From an uncultured archaeon (GTDB lineage: Archaea; Asgardarchaeota; Thorarchaeia; Thorarchaeales; Thorarchaeaceae): a stretch of DNA of 64,000 bases. This document shows positions 48,690-58,864 of this stretch, one piece after another; the stretch's first letter is position 1; each line of letters begins with the position of its first letter. Both the position numbers and the translations under genes were made by a program. Under the pieces are notes generated by a model. It saw nothing but the letters and a program-made list of their open reading frames with translations, ran no database searches and had not been told where the DNA came from. Where the stretch lies: contig CAYWJO010000011.1 of NCBI GenBank assembly GCA_964458565.1, positions 1 to 64,000 on the forward strand, given 5' to 3'.

Positions 48690-49265
48690 TTGATTATGAA
48701 ATCTGGTAATGAAGGTATAGACTTGAAAACACATATCCAATTTATCACAGTTTTCATGACAGTCCTTATTTTTGGTTCTTCTCTTTCTCTCATTTCAGAT
48801 AGGACTTACCATTGTCACAACTTTTTCCATATAGCAGATGATTTAGGACCTCATTACAGTAATTTTGAATTTCCATATTCACAATCATTTGATGAGTACT
48901 TTCAGGGTAGTGTGGAAATTGATGTTATTGATGAGGATGGGATTGATCAGGTTTGGTGCTCATACAAGAAGAATGGAACCAGCTCTTGGAGAAACGTTTC
49001 AATGACCCTTACCAGTAATGTGACCTATTTCTGTTACATCAATGGGTATCTGGATTCCTACACTAATGTTTGGCTGTTTCAAATTCATGCAAATGATACT
49101 ACTGGATTTTCTACCACATCAGATATCTACTCTGGGGAGATATATTATGACGAAGGTGATGGTCCAATTCCGGAGTGGATCTATCTGGCTTCAATTATTG
49201 CCGCTGGCTCAATCATCATACTTGTGTTAGTTGCCATTGGCTGGTGGTACAGGAAACGTCAATGA
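48690..49265 (+). CDS. Secreted Ig-like, membrane-anchored protein (paralog 1)
   Basis: Signal peptide, GPHYSNF, D.DGIDQVW, ANDT.G, TM helix, WWYRKRQ. Confidence 0.8.
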   Translation: MIMKSGNEGIDLKTHIQFITVFMTVLIFGSSLSLISDRTYHCHNFFHIADDLGPHYSNFEFPYSQSFDEYFQGSVEIDVIDEDGIDQVWCSYKKNGTSSWRNVSMTLTSNVTYFCYINGYLDSYTNVWLFQIHANDTTGFSTTSDIYSGEIYYDEGDGPIPEWIYLASIIAAGSIIILVLVAIGWWYRKRQ

Positions 49266-49991
49266 GTCTGTTTGAGACCGAGATTATCGCAAAGGAGTTA
49301 GAGAGCTGTGAACGGGAGGTTACATTCATTCAGTTTCTTCAAGGGCACTCTTACTTTGTTTGAATTTATATGAAGAAGAGTTTATTCTATTACTAGTGGC
49401 ATGCTATGGTGGTAAAGAAGCAACTCATTCCAATACTACTCATTTCGATGTTCCTCTTTTCACTCCTGACTCCTTCCCACGTATCATATCAGGCATCAAT
49501 TGTACCCGACATGAAATTAGGCGACATGGATGGTCCTTCATTCTCTAATTTTCATTTAGATCCATCAGATGCTGACACATATTATGCAGATTACCAAGGT
49601 CTTGTAGAAGTCGATGTCGATGATATAGATGAAGTCGATATGGTATGGTTACAATATCACTGGGAGGATGACTCATCGTGGTCTAATGGGATAATGGAGA
49701 GCCAAGCGCCATTTCATAATGAAACATACACTGGCTATATCATTGGTATTCTTCAACCTGGTGACAATCGATTTTTTGTCAAATTTTTTGCGAATGATAC
49801 TTTTGGGAATCTCGCTGAGTCCGAAATTCACAACAGGACTGTCTATTATATGAGAGAAGAAGGTCCAACACCATTTCTCTACTATCTCATTCCAGCACTG
49901 GCTGTTTCAAGTGTTGTGCTTGTATTGATTGGACTTGGTTTCTGGTGGTACAAGAAACGTCAATGAGTCTGTTTGAAACTGCGATCATCGC
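49241..49991 (+). repeat. Two 50-bp direct repeats (49241-49290 and 49942-49991), 45/50 identical
   Basis: Direct alignment spanning both paralogs' stop codons. Confidence 0.85.
49406..49966 (+). CDS. Secreted Ig-like, membrane-anchored protein (paralog 2)
   Basis: Signal peptide, GPSFSNF, DIDEVDMVW, ANDTFG, TM helix, WWYKKRQ. Confidence 0.82.
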   Translation: MVVKKQLIPILLISMFLFSLLTPSHVSYQASIVPDMKLGDMDGPSFSNFHLDPSDADTYYADYQGLVEVDVDDIDEVDMVWLQYHWEDDSSWSNGIMESQAPFHNETYTGYIIGILQPGDNRFFVKFFANDTFGNLAESEIHNRTVYYMREEGPTPFLYYLIPALAVSSVVLVLIGLGFWWYKKRQ

Positions 49992-50181
49992 GAACTACAC
50001 AATTAAGCGGGAACGCAATCATGTTGCTAGTACCACATGTGTAGTTCACTCTCAAAATATCGTTCTGTCGAGAGTTTTATTCTCGTACAAAAATGGGTTG
50101 CTACTCCGCAATCCTTTTATTCATTCCAAAAGCGGTCACTCTGAACCGATTAGTGATGACTATAATTTACTCAGGTGATAC

Positions 50182-50727
50182 ATGATGGCAAAACGTCCTG
50201 GTCATTGTTACAGAGAATGCGACCGCCAACCATTTGTACGCAAGAAGTACATTCATCGTCAACCCCCAAGCCGAATCATGAGTTTTGATATGGGGAATAC
50301 ATCAGGTGACTTTGAGGTAGAGATGTCATTGATTGGTCTTGAACGTTGCCAGATTCGCCATCAAGCACTAGAAGCTGCACGTGTTGCCTGTAATCGTATG
50401 CTAACAAAGATGATTGGTAGACAGAAGTATCACATGAGGATTCGTGTCAAGCCATACCATTATCTGCGTGAGAACAAGATGATTAGTGGAGCAGGGGCGG
50501 ACCGTGTGCAAGATGGGATGCGTAAATCATTTGGAAAAGTCATCGGTGTAGCTGCTAGGGTTAAACCAAATCAACCGCTAATCACAGTGCGATGCAATCC
50601 TGCAGGTATCAAGCAGGCAAGAATCGGTCTGATGCGAGCCGCACCCAAGTTCCCAACACCATGTAAGATAGTCTTTGACAAGATTGACCCTGATTTAAGG
50701 CGAAGACTTGGATATGGAATTGATTAG
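50182..50727 (+). CDS. rpl10e: 50S ribosomal protein L10e (uL16)
   Basis: RPGHCYR, ALEAARV, RENKMISGAGADRVQDGMR. Confidence 0.96.
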   Translation: MMAKRPGHCYRECDRQPFVRKKYIHRQPPSRIMSFDMGNTSGDFEVEMSLIGLERCQIRHQALEAARVACNRMLTKMIGRQKYHMRIRVKPYHYLRENKMISGAGADRVQDGMRKSFGKVIGVAARVKPNQPLITVRCNPAGIKQARIGLMRAAPKFPTPCKIVFDKIDPDLRRRLGYGID

Positions 50728-50822
50728 TCACGAAATCTGAATAGTGCCTTTTTGATATTACTTGGTAGTCAAGTTTAGAAGCCATTTTAGTAAAACTCCA
50801 ATCCATAGATGACCTTCTGCGG

Positions 50823-51557
50823 TCAATCCGCATCATTCTTTTCAAATATACGGTCACGTATCTTCCGTATAGTACCCGTGAGTGTTGTCACCTCTCGTCC
50901 GGTCATGAATGCACGTCCTAACAAATTACGAAAAACTCGTTTCGCAATTGGTTTTCTGAACTCCTTAATTGATAGATCATCAACAGTTTCATCAAAGAAT
51001 ATAGCAGCCTGATCCTTTTCTTTACGTGTTGCTGCTCTAGCTTCTGTAGGCAATCGTACACCCTCGGTGGCATACTTTGAATAGAGCTGATACAGAGTAA
51101 CCCCCACCGCATGACTGAGATTCATACTAGAATATTCAGATGAAGTTGGAATAGCGAATGCCAAATCACACATGTCAACCTCTGCATTAGTAAGACCAGA
51201 GCTCTCCCTCCCGAATACTATAGCTAGCTGTCCCTCGATTGAAAGTGGATCTGGCAACTCTCGAAGTGGAACTAGCGCTCTGGTTACACTATGATTTCTA
51301 CCCGCTCGAGCTGTCGCTGCCCATGCATTCTGCACATCATTGAGTGCATCTTCAAGTGTTTCATAGATTTCAGCCCCCTCCAGAATATCAATTGCATTCA
51401 CAGAGAATCTTTGGGCTTCTTCATGTCTTCTAAGGTCTTTTCCTGCGATTCTTAAATGAGTGACACCAAAGTTAGCCATGACTCTAGCAGTAAAACCAAC
51501 ATTACCTGGAGTTTCAGGTGCTACAAGGATAATAATGATATTTGGTAGTCCAGTCAA
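50823..51557 (-). CDS. trmJ: TrmJ-type SPOUT tRNA 2'-O-methyltransferase
   Basis: PETPGNVG..AR.M.NFG, FGRESSGLTN.E, SMNLSHAV. Confidence 0.9.
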   Translation of the reverse strand: MTGLPNIIIILVAPETPGNVGFTARVMANFGVTHLRIAGKDLRRHEEAQRFSVNAIDILEGAEIYETLEDALNDVQNAWAATARAGRNHSVTRALVPLRELPDPLSIEGQLAIVFGRESSGLTNAEVDMCDLAFAIPTSSEYSSMNLSHAVGVTLYQLYSKYATEGVRLPTEARAATRKEKDQAAIFFDETVDDLSIKEFRKPIAKRVFRNLLGRAFMTGREVTTLTGTIRKIRDRIFEKNDAD

Positions 51558-51568
51558 AAAGGATACCC

Positions 51569-52753
51569 CTACCTATGCATCAATTGTAAAATATCCCCCT
51601 CTTGAAGAGGATAGTTGAGACCAACCTGTCGCCGTTTTATTTTGTCTGATTCACGGATGATTACCGCCGCACGAAACCTTTCAATGAAGAGTACCTTGTG
51701 CACCTTTTCTGCTGCGTCCTCCACTACTGCGCCTATTGGTAAGACTAATGGTCGCTCTTCATGCTTCTTTCCAGGTAGCTTTGTGTAGATTCTCAATATG
51801 TCAAGATGTTGATAAAGCGCCCACTTCATTGGTTCGATATTCTCATTTCTTTCCACAGAAATTGGGATGATTTCAAATCGCTTACCATAGTTCTCCTCAA
51901 GGTATTTGAACTGTACCTCGGAACCCGGACTATCACCTTTTGTGGCAATTACAAGCGCTCTAACATATGAAACGCTTGCATCCATTGCATCAATGAGCTG
52001 TTGATAGGTTGCAGGTTTCTGGAATCTAACAATGATATTGGTGATTCTTCTGACTTCAAGGTAATCGTATACTTCCTGAATGTTTCCGTCATAGAATTGC
52101 TTACCGTATATCATTAGTCCACCTGAGCCTGTCCTCTCTACTCTGACAGTGGTTGCTTCTCGATTGAGGCGTATTCTGGCTTTATCTATCTCCCCAAGTA
52201 TAATCTCCATCTGTGATTCAACATCCTGGGAGAGATCAATAATTATCGCAATACAATCTGTATTTCGAGCCACTGCCATTGATTGTCTGCCAATTCCTGT
52301 ATCGTAACTACCTTCAAAGAGGCCTGGTAATTCTACAAGTTGAATATTGACATCATCCAGATTCATCATTGCTGGTGTTGGAATTGGAGTGGAATGAGGA
52401 TAATCCGCGACTACTAAATCTGCATTACTCACTGCATTGATCAGAGCCGATTTTCCACAATTTGTGACACCCAATAGACAGATTTGTCCTGCTCCTTCTT
52501 TTCTGATTGCTCCCTCATCTGAACCACCACCACCACTTCGACGACTACGTTCTTGTTCTCGTTTCTTCTCGAATTCTGCCTTGAGTTTCGCCAATTTTTT
52601 CCGATAATCCCCTACCATTCGTTCGCCGCCTTTATGACGTGGGGCTAATGATAGAAGCTTCTCTAGCTCTTTGATTCGCTGCGCTAAATCCTCTGTATCT
52701 TCATAGACTTGACGTTGCTTATCAAATTCAGGTGTCACATTTGTAGGGGACAA
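51569..52753 (-). CDS. DRG/OBG-family GTPase with TGS domain
   Basis: HKG.E, GVTNCGKS, YP.ST, IQLVELPG, RIYTK...GDIL. Confidence 0.9.
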   Translation of the reverse strand: MSPTNVTPEFDKQRQVYEDTEDLAQRIKELEKLLSLAPRHKGGERMVGDYRKKLAKLKAEFEKKREQERSRRSGGGGSDEGAIRKEGAGQICLLGVTNCGKSALINAVSNADLVVADYPHSTPIPTPAMMNLDDVNIQLVELPGLFEGSYDTGIGRQSMAVARNTDCIAIIIDLSQDVESQMEIILGEIDKARIRLNREATTVRVERTGSGGLMIYGKQFYDGNIQEVYDYLEVRRITNIIVRFQKPATYQQLIDAMDASVSYVRALVIATKGDSPGSEVQFKYLEENYGKRFEIIPISVERNENIEPMKWALYQHLDILRIYTKLPGKKHEERPLVLPIGAVVEDAAEKVHKVLFIERFRAAVIIRESDKIKRRQVGLNYPLQEGDILQLMHR

Positions 52754-52829
52754 GAGCTAATCACTCGCTTTGCTACTGCATTCGATAGTTCGATACTCTC
52801 AATTATGAAGCTTTCTTTGAAGATATTTT

Positions 52830-53423
52830 TCATTTCGAATCAAGCTGATAATTGATATCCAGAATGAACCTCTCTGGAGTCGAGGGTTTTTGCACGTTAA
52901 TAGAAGGTATGTTTTTCATACTCTCATCAAGCATACCCTGACGAAGCTCGAAGATGAAGACGCCCTCTGTTTTATCATTCAATTCATTTAAGGAATCTTG
53001 AACTCGTGAATCTGCTCGGTATATCTGATGATTATCCCATGTTTGAATTAACTCAATGATAGATGATTTAGTAATCTGAATGCCATTATCCAGTTTTTTC
53101 TGTTCCCCTTCTTCAAGACTATCCAGAAGTTCAGATGCCTTCAGAATGAAAAACGATATCGACCTCTCATCAGGAGATACTCTTCTGAGGTCTTTTCCTG
53201 GAAATGTTATAGCACGACATACTTCCTCTTCAACTATTGCCAATGTTACTTCAGTATCACGACGCATATCATTTGAAAGGAAGAGGCCTACATTTACACA
53301 CCTGCATCCAGTAATAATCTCAGGACTATTCTCTCCTGATTTTACTTGATGTCTATCTATTGGGAGGGAATCAAAAACTACTACAAAGTGTCGATAGCTC
53401 ACTTGAGCATTCTCCAATTCCAA
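52830..53423 (-). CDS. trmY: Divergent TrmY-like tRNA m1-pseudouridine54 methyltransferase (SPOUT)
   Basis: R.FVV, RCVN..LFLSNDMRRDT, LRRVSPDERS; C-terminal knot motif looks degenerate. Confidence 0.7.
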   Translation of the reverse strand: MELENAQVSYRHFVVVFDSLPIDRHQVKSGENSPEIITGCRCVNVGLFLSNDMRRDTEVTLAIVEEEVCRAITFPGKDLRRVSPDERSISFFILKASELLDSLEEGEQKKLDNGIQITKSSIIELIQTWDNHQIYRADSRVQDSLNELNDKTEGVFIFELRQGMLDESMKNIPSINVQKPSTPERFILDINYQLDSK

Positions 53424-53427
53424 TTGA

Positions 53428-54768
53428 TTATCCAGTCAACCCAGGAATTCCTGGGAGTCCACCTCTTCTGCCTCTTCTCTGCTTTCCAAATGTCTTCATC
53501 ATTTTTTGCATTTGTTGATGCTGTTTGAGAAGGTCTCTGACATCCTTTCCTGATGTACCAGAACCAAGCGCAATCCGTTTGATTCGTGAGGATTTCAATA
53601 TCCTGGGATTATCGAGCTCTTGTCTTGTCATGGAATTCATTATCACTTCCCAGCGTTTCATATTCTCTTCCTGGATTTCGGCCATATTGTCTGGAAGCTT
53701 GTATTGCAGACCGAGCATCTCCATGACTTTTCCAATGGGCCCCATTTTCTTGAGTTGTTTTAGTTGTCCCATCATATCCGTTAATGAGAATTGACCCTTC
53801 ATCAGACGCTTTGCAGCATCATCATCGACTTCTATCTGTGCCTCTCGTACTTTATCGATGAGTCCCTTGATATCTGACATTCCCAGTAGACGACCAGCAA
53901 ATTTCGTGGGATTGAATGGTTCAATGGCATCCATTCCCTCGCCTGACCCAATGAATTTGATGGGTGCCTGTGTTGCAGCAACTGCTGATAGTGCTCCACC
54001 TCCTTTTGCACTACCATCGAGTTTTGTCACTATAATCGATCCGATATCTGTTGCAGTCTTGAAAGCTTTAGCTTGGACGCCAGCTTGTTGTCCAAGTGTT
54101 CCGTCAACCACCAAGATAATCTCTTGAGGCTTGACCGCCTTCGAGATATCTTTCATTTCTTTTATGAGGCTTGTTTCCTCTCGATGTCTTCCTGAGGTGT
54201 CTAGAAGTATTAGTTCGATGCCTCGTTTCTTTAACTCTTCAAATCCTTTCTTCGCGAGTTTCACAGCATCCTTTTGATCTTCATCTCCCCAAAAGGGGAC
54301 GTTCGATTTTTCTGCAAGTTGTTTCAATTGACTATATGCGCCAGGACGAAAATTATCTGCACATATTACACCTGTTTTGATTCCTCTTTTCTGGTAATAT
54401 CTCGCAAGTTTTCCGATTGTAGTTGTCTTACCTGAACCCTGAATTCCAACCATCATCACGAGGTTCGGTTTTCCCGGATGAATTGTAAGAGGAACCGTCT
54501 TCTCTCCTAGAAAGAATGCCAGCGTGTCCCAAACTACTCTTACGATATGCTCTCTTCTAGATACCCCCCTTGGAAGGGATTCGTCTAGTGCTTGTTTCTG
54601 GACTCGTTCTGTAATCGCCATGACTAATGAAACATCTACATCTGCCTGCAGGAGTGCCCTCTGGATATCTTTGACCAGCTCCTTTACCAGTTCCGCATCA
54701 ATGACATTAGCGCCAAATAATTTCTTGAGCGCGGAGTTGAGTGATTTACCAAGGCCTTCTAGAACCAC
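53428..54768 (-). CDS. srp54: Signal recognition particle protein SRP54
   Basis: ALLQADV, GIQGSGKTTT, DTSGRH, TKLDGSAKGGG, Met-rich M domain. Confidence 0.97.
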   Translation of the reverse strand: MVLEGLGKSLNSALKKLFGANVIDAELVKELVKDIQRALLQADVDVSLVMAITERVQKQALDESLPRGVSRREHIVRVVWDTLAFFLGEKTVPLTIHPGKPNLVMMVGIQGSGKTTTIGKLARYYQKRGIKTGVICADNFRPGAYSQLKQLAEKSNVPFWGDEDQKDAVKLAKKGFEELKKRGIELILLDTSGRHREETSLIKEMKDISKAVKPQEIILVVDGTLGQQAGVQAKAFKTATDIGSIIVTKLDGSAKGGGALSAVAATQAPIKFIGSGEGMDAIEPFNPTKFAGRLLGMSDIKGLIDKVREAQIEVDDDAAKRLMKGQFSLTDMMGQLKQLKKMGPIGKVMEMLGLQYKLPDNMAEIQEENMKRWEVIMNSMTRQELDNPRILKSSRIKRIALGSGTSGKDVRDLLKQHQQMQKMMKTFGKQRRGRRGGLPGIPGLTG

Positions 54769-54895
54769 TTCTTTTCACCATTCTACTGACATTTCTCTTT
54801 TTTGTCCATATCAACCTTCGCCTCTGATTAATCCATTCTAGATATGAAAATGTCTAAAAAGAAGTGTAATTTTTCCATAGTGCAGTGAGAGTTTA

Positions 54896-55372
54896 ATGCC
54901 AAAAGTCGAAGGAATTCGAATCGTAAAGATATCAGATGGAACTGTGATTGATCACATCGATGCGGGACATGCTCTGGAAGTATTGGAGATTCTAGGAATC
55001 ACTGGAAAGGGAGGGAGCATAGTCACATTGGCAATGAACATCAGCAGTTCAAGGATTGGAAAAAAAGATATTGTGAAGATTGAGAATAGAGTCATTGAGG
55101 ACACTGAGGTTGACAAAATTGCATTGGTTGCACCTGAAGCAACAATAAACATCATCAAGAATTCCGAGGTTGTTAAGAAAACACGCGTAGAACTTCCTGA
55201 ACGAATTTCAAATGTCGTTAGTTGTCCTAATCCTCGCTGTGTCACTAATAAAGAACGAGAGCCTATTGTCCCAAAATATGAGGTTGTTTCAAAGTCTCCT
55301 GTTGTACTGAAGTGCCTGTATTGTTGGAATCTGATTGAGGAAGCAGATATAATTAGCCAATTTACTGCCTAA
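54896..55372 (+). CDS. pyrI: Aspartate carbamoyltransferase regulatory subunit
   Basis: GTVIDHI, KKDIVKIE, CPNPRC...CLYC. Confidence 0.95.
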   Translation: MPKVEGIRIVKISDGTVIDHIDAGHALEVLEILGITGKGGSIVTLAMNISSSRIGKKDIVKIENRVIEDTEVDKIALVAPEATINIIKNSEVVKKTRVELPERISNVVSCPNPRCVTNKEREPIVPKYEVVSKSPVVLKCLYCWNLIEEADIISQFTA

Positions 55373-55454
55373 TAGGCCTCTAAAATCCATTTGGAAACAG
55401 TTTTTAGAGGCATGCAACTTCGCCAACAGAACCCTGACTACGACGTGACGCTTT

Positions 55455-55778
55455 ATGGTCAATGAAAAGATAGCAGTGATTGGTGATAGAGACACTGTCA
55501 CTGGACTTCGTATGGTAGGTGTTCACGATTGTTCTGTCCCTGAAACGCCTGAAGAAACACGTGAACAGCTTCTAAAGTACTTTAGAGACCCTACGACAGG
55601 TCTGATTCTAATAACAGAACCATTGGCAAAGGATGTCGAAGATACTATAATTGATCTCTCTGAATCGCCAGTACCAGTGATTATGCTAATACCTGATCGA
55701 GATGGGTCCACTGGTGCATATGAAGTAGTCCTGAAAGAGCTCATTAGACGAGCTGTTGGCATCGAGATTAGCATCTAA
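55455..55778 (+). CDS. atpF: A/V-type ATP synthase subunit F
   Basis: KIAVIGDRDTVTGLRMVG...IRRAVG. Confidence 0.93.
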   Translation: MVNEKIAVIGDRDTVTGLRMVGVHDCSVPETPEETREQLLKYFRDPTTGLILITEPLAKDVEDTIIDLSESPVPVIMLIPDRDGSTGAYEVVLKELIRRAVGIEISI

Positions 55779-55804
55779 TTCCCATGAGAACGGAGTGAAC
55801 GATA

Positions 55805-57604
55805 ATGTCTGAAGAAACCGGTAGAATTGAAACTATTGCTGGACCAGTTGTGAAATGCAGTGGATTATATGCAGTGAGAATGTACGAGGTTGTCCGAGTT
55901 GGCAACGAAGGCCTAATTGGAGAAGTAATTGAGGTCGCGGAGAACGAAGCCACTGTGCAGGTCTACGAAGAAACATCTGGTCTCGCTCCTGGTGAACCCG
56001 TGGTAGCCACGAAAGATGCCTTATCTGTCGAGCTTGGACCGGGTCTCCTTGGATCTATTTACGATGGAATACAAAGACCACTACCTGAATTAAAGGCACT
56101 ATCAGGTGACTTCATAAAACGTGGTCTTACGGTTCAGGGCCTCGACAAGGAAAAGAAATGGGAATTCACTCCATCAGTGAAAGTTGGTGATTCTGTCGTT
56201 CCTGGTGATGTCCTAGGAACTGTTCCTGAAACGGGCATCATAACAAGTAAGATTCTTGTTCCTGTTGGCGTGGAAGGAGAAATAGTGGAGATAGTATCAA
56301 AGGGCAAATACACTGTTATAGAAACCATTTGCAAGGTCAAGGACATTCATGGCGATGTTCATGATGTGATGATGATGCAGCGAACTGCTGTTCGTATTGG
56401 TCGACCCTACAAAGAGCGCGTTAATCTTGATACACCTCTCATTACGGGACAACGTGTTATTGATACCTTCATGCCTCAAGCTAAAGGCGGCACCGGTGCG
56501 ATTCCTGGTGGATTTGGTACGGGTAAGACTGTAATACTGCATCAATTTGCTAAATGGGCTGACGCTCAAGTTGTTGTATACGTTGGCTGTGGGGAAAGGG
56601 GTAATGAGATGACCGAAGCACTTGAAGAATGGCCTCATCTTAATGACCCTCAGAGTGGACGCCCATTGATGGAGCGTACAGTCCTAATTGCTAACACCTC
56701 AAATATGCCAGTTGCTGCACGTGAGGCATCCATCTATGTTGCAGTCACACTTGCAGAATATTTCAGAGATCAGGGATTCGATGTAGCACTCATGGCTGAT
56801 TCTACATCCCGTTGGGCTGAGGCTCTGCGAGAGATTTCTGGTCGACTTGGTCAATTACCTTCAGAGGAAGGATATCCTGCGTATCTGGGTTCACGTTTGG
56901 CTCAATTCTACGAACGTGGAGGAAGGATTAAGGCTCTAGGATCGGAGGACCGGATAGGATCTATAACTCTATGTGGTGCTGTTTCGCCTCCTGGTGGTGA
57001 CTTTTCAGAGCCTGTCACACAAGCCACTCTTAGAATCGTGAAGGTCTTCTGGGCACTCGACAAGGACTTGGCAGCGCGTAGATTCTTCCCAGCTATCAAC
57101 ACGTTGACCAGTTATTCACTATACCAACAAACATTGGAAAAATGGCATCGTGCAAATCTAGGCGCAGACTGGCCTGAGCTCGTACGGGATGCTATGGCGC
57201 TTCTGCAAAAAGACCAAGAGTTACGTGAGATTGTACAGCTTGTTGGTCCTGATGCTCTCCCTGAATCAGAAAGAGCAACACTTGAAGCCGCTCGGATGAT
57301 AAAAGAAGACTTCCTCACTCAGAGTGCACTTCATGAAATTGATACATACTCTCCAATAAAGAAGACATATCGGATGTTGCGTATCATAATAAACTTCTCA
57401 CATAAGATGGCTGAAGCCGTCAAACTGGGTATCAGTGTTCGTAGGATTCTTGAACTCTCTGTGTTAGATAATATTGCACGAATGAAGATTGCTCCTTGGG
57501 ATACCTATGATAAAACCATGGATAAAATTGAGAATAAGATGAATATGGAATTCCAATCGCTCTATCAGGAAGCCACCGATGGGATTGCTCCCAGTATATC
57601 ATAG
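55805..57604 (+). CDS. atpA: A/V-type ATP synthase catalytic subunit A
   Basis: GGFGTGKT, GCGERGNEM, DSTSRWAEALRE, GYPAYL; no intein. Confidence 0.97.
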   Translation: MSEETGRIETIAGPVVKCSGLYAVRMYEVVRVGNEGLIGEVIEVAENEATVQVYEETSGLAPGEPVVATKDALSVELGPGLLGSIYDGIQRPLPELKALSGDFIKRGLTVQGLDKEKKWEFTPSVKVGDSVVPGDVLGTVPETGIITSKILVPVGVEGEIVEIVSKGKYTVIETICKVKDIHGDVHDVMMMQRTAVRIGRPYKERVNLDTPLITGQRVIDTFMPQAKGGTGAIPGGFGTGKTVILHQFAKWADAQVVVYVGCGERGNEMTEALEEWPHLNDPQSGRPLMERTVLIANTSNMPVAAREASIYVAVTLAEYFRDQGFDVALMADSTSRWAEALREISGRLGQLPSEEGYPAYLGSRLAQFYERGGRIKALGSEDRIGSITLCGAVSPPGGDFSEPVTQATLRIVKVFWALDKDLAARRFFPAINTLTSYSLYQQTLEKWHRANLGADWPELVRDAMALLQKDQELREIVQLVGPDALPESERATLEAARMIKEDFLTQSALHEIDTYSPIKKTYRMLRIIINFSHKMAEAVKLGISVRRILELSVLDNIARMKIAPWDTYDKTMDKIENKMNMEFQSLYQEATDGIAPSIS

Positions 57605-57658
57605 ACAATACTGAAAATCGGGGTAACAGTGGTCTTTATCGCTTAGATTGCTAAAGTA

Positions 57659-58219
57659 ATGTGTGAAATGAATTCCAATAACAAACTCTCTAGGATACAT
57701 AAAGCGATTGAAGAATGCAAGTTATGTGATCTTCATAAGACTCGAACTAATGCAGTTCCCGGTGAAGGTCCTGAAACCGCAGAAATGATGTTTATTGGTG
57801 AGGCTCCAGGTGCAAAGGAGGATGAGTTGGGACGTCCATTTGTTGGTCGATCTGGGATTTTGTTGACTGAATTATTCTCGGAGGTCGGAATTGAACGGGA
57901 TCAAGTCTTCATCACCTCTATTCTAAAATCACACCCTCCAAATAATCGAAAACCCACATCCGAAGAAATCGAAGCATGTCTTCCTTATCTTCATCATCAA
58001 ATCGAGGTAATTTCTCCCAGAGTAATCGTTCTGATGGGTTCCGTGGCCGTCACAGCCCTAATAGGTCCTTGGAAAATGGGGGAGGCTCATGGCAAGTTTC
58101 ACGAGTCTGCGGATGGACGTCTGTTCTTCATTACATACCATCCTGCAGCTGCCCTGCGTTTCACTCGATATCGTGACATTATGCTGGACGATTTACGCAA
58201 ACTACAGGCAAATCTCTAG
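57659..58219 (+). CDS. udg: Family 4 uracil-DNA glycosylase
   Basis: CKLC, GEAPG, GRPFVG, HPAA. Confidence 0.92.
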   Translation: MCEMNSNNKLSRIHKAIEECKLCDLHKTRTNAVPGEGPETAEMMFIGEAPGAKEDELGRPFVGRSGILLTELFSEVGIERDQVFITSILKSHPPNNRKPTSEEIEACLPYLHHQIEVISPRVIVLMGSVAVTALIGPWKMGEAHGKFHESADGRLFFITYHPAAALRFTRYRDIMLDDLRKLQANL

Positions 58220-58258
58220 GAGTGTGGCGGTTAAATTGTATCAGCACGACTTTGTATT

Positions 58259-58777
58259 GTGTACCATATGTCAATCCAGTGTTTGTCAATTGTACCCCTC
58301 CAGATACCAATAGAGAGCAGTTTCCCAGACTGGCTGAATATGATGGATGATATTTTGAATGTCTTCCTTGCATTCACTATTCGTGGTTACCTGATTCTGA
58401 TACTTCTGGGTCTTATGATTTATGTCACCGGACTCGGAGATGGTCTTGCAAAGAGTCTTGTTATTGGCGGGATTGTGATATACTTCATTGGTCCTTTTGT
58501 TTTGGACTTTGCAGCAGGTATTATTGGAGTTGATCCTCCAACCATTGAACACGCAACCTCGTCTTGGCTAGCTATGTTTGGAATGCCTGACGCAGAGATG
58601 ATTGCATTCATAGTAACAATTGGTGACATTGTAATCGCGGTTTGTGTTCTTATTGGTACTATACTATACTTTACTCCTTCCTCTCCTGATTTACGTTCTC
58701 GTGGCCAATCCCTTATTGTGAGAGGATTAATCCTTGCACCAATGCTACTTTTCTTTCATATTGCTCCATGGATTTGA
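58259..58777 (+). CDS. Membrane protein with two helical-hairpin repeats
   Basis: Four TM helices in two similar hairpins; start uncertain. Confidence 0.7.
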   Translation: MYHMSIQCLSIVPLQIPIESSFPDWLNMMDDILNVFLAFTIRGYLILILLGLMIYVTGLGDGLAKSLVIGGIVIYFIGPFVLDFAAGIIGVDPPTIEHATSSWLAMFGMPDAEMIAFIVTIGDIVIAVCVLIGTILYFTPSSPDLRSRGQSLIVRGLILAPMLLFFHIAPWI

Positions 58778-58864
58778 ATCCAAATCTACCAAGGTAAACT
58801 CTTAAATTCCGCAATAACTTCCAACTCTCCGGCCTAATTGTGGGTTTTCCAAGAGGTTTCTAAA

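Noticed and set aside
55805-57604. Intein in the ATPase A subunit
   Set aside because: The 599-aa length is normal and the P-loop region is uninterrupted
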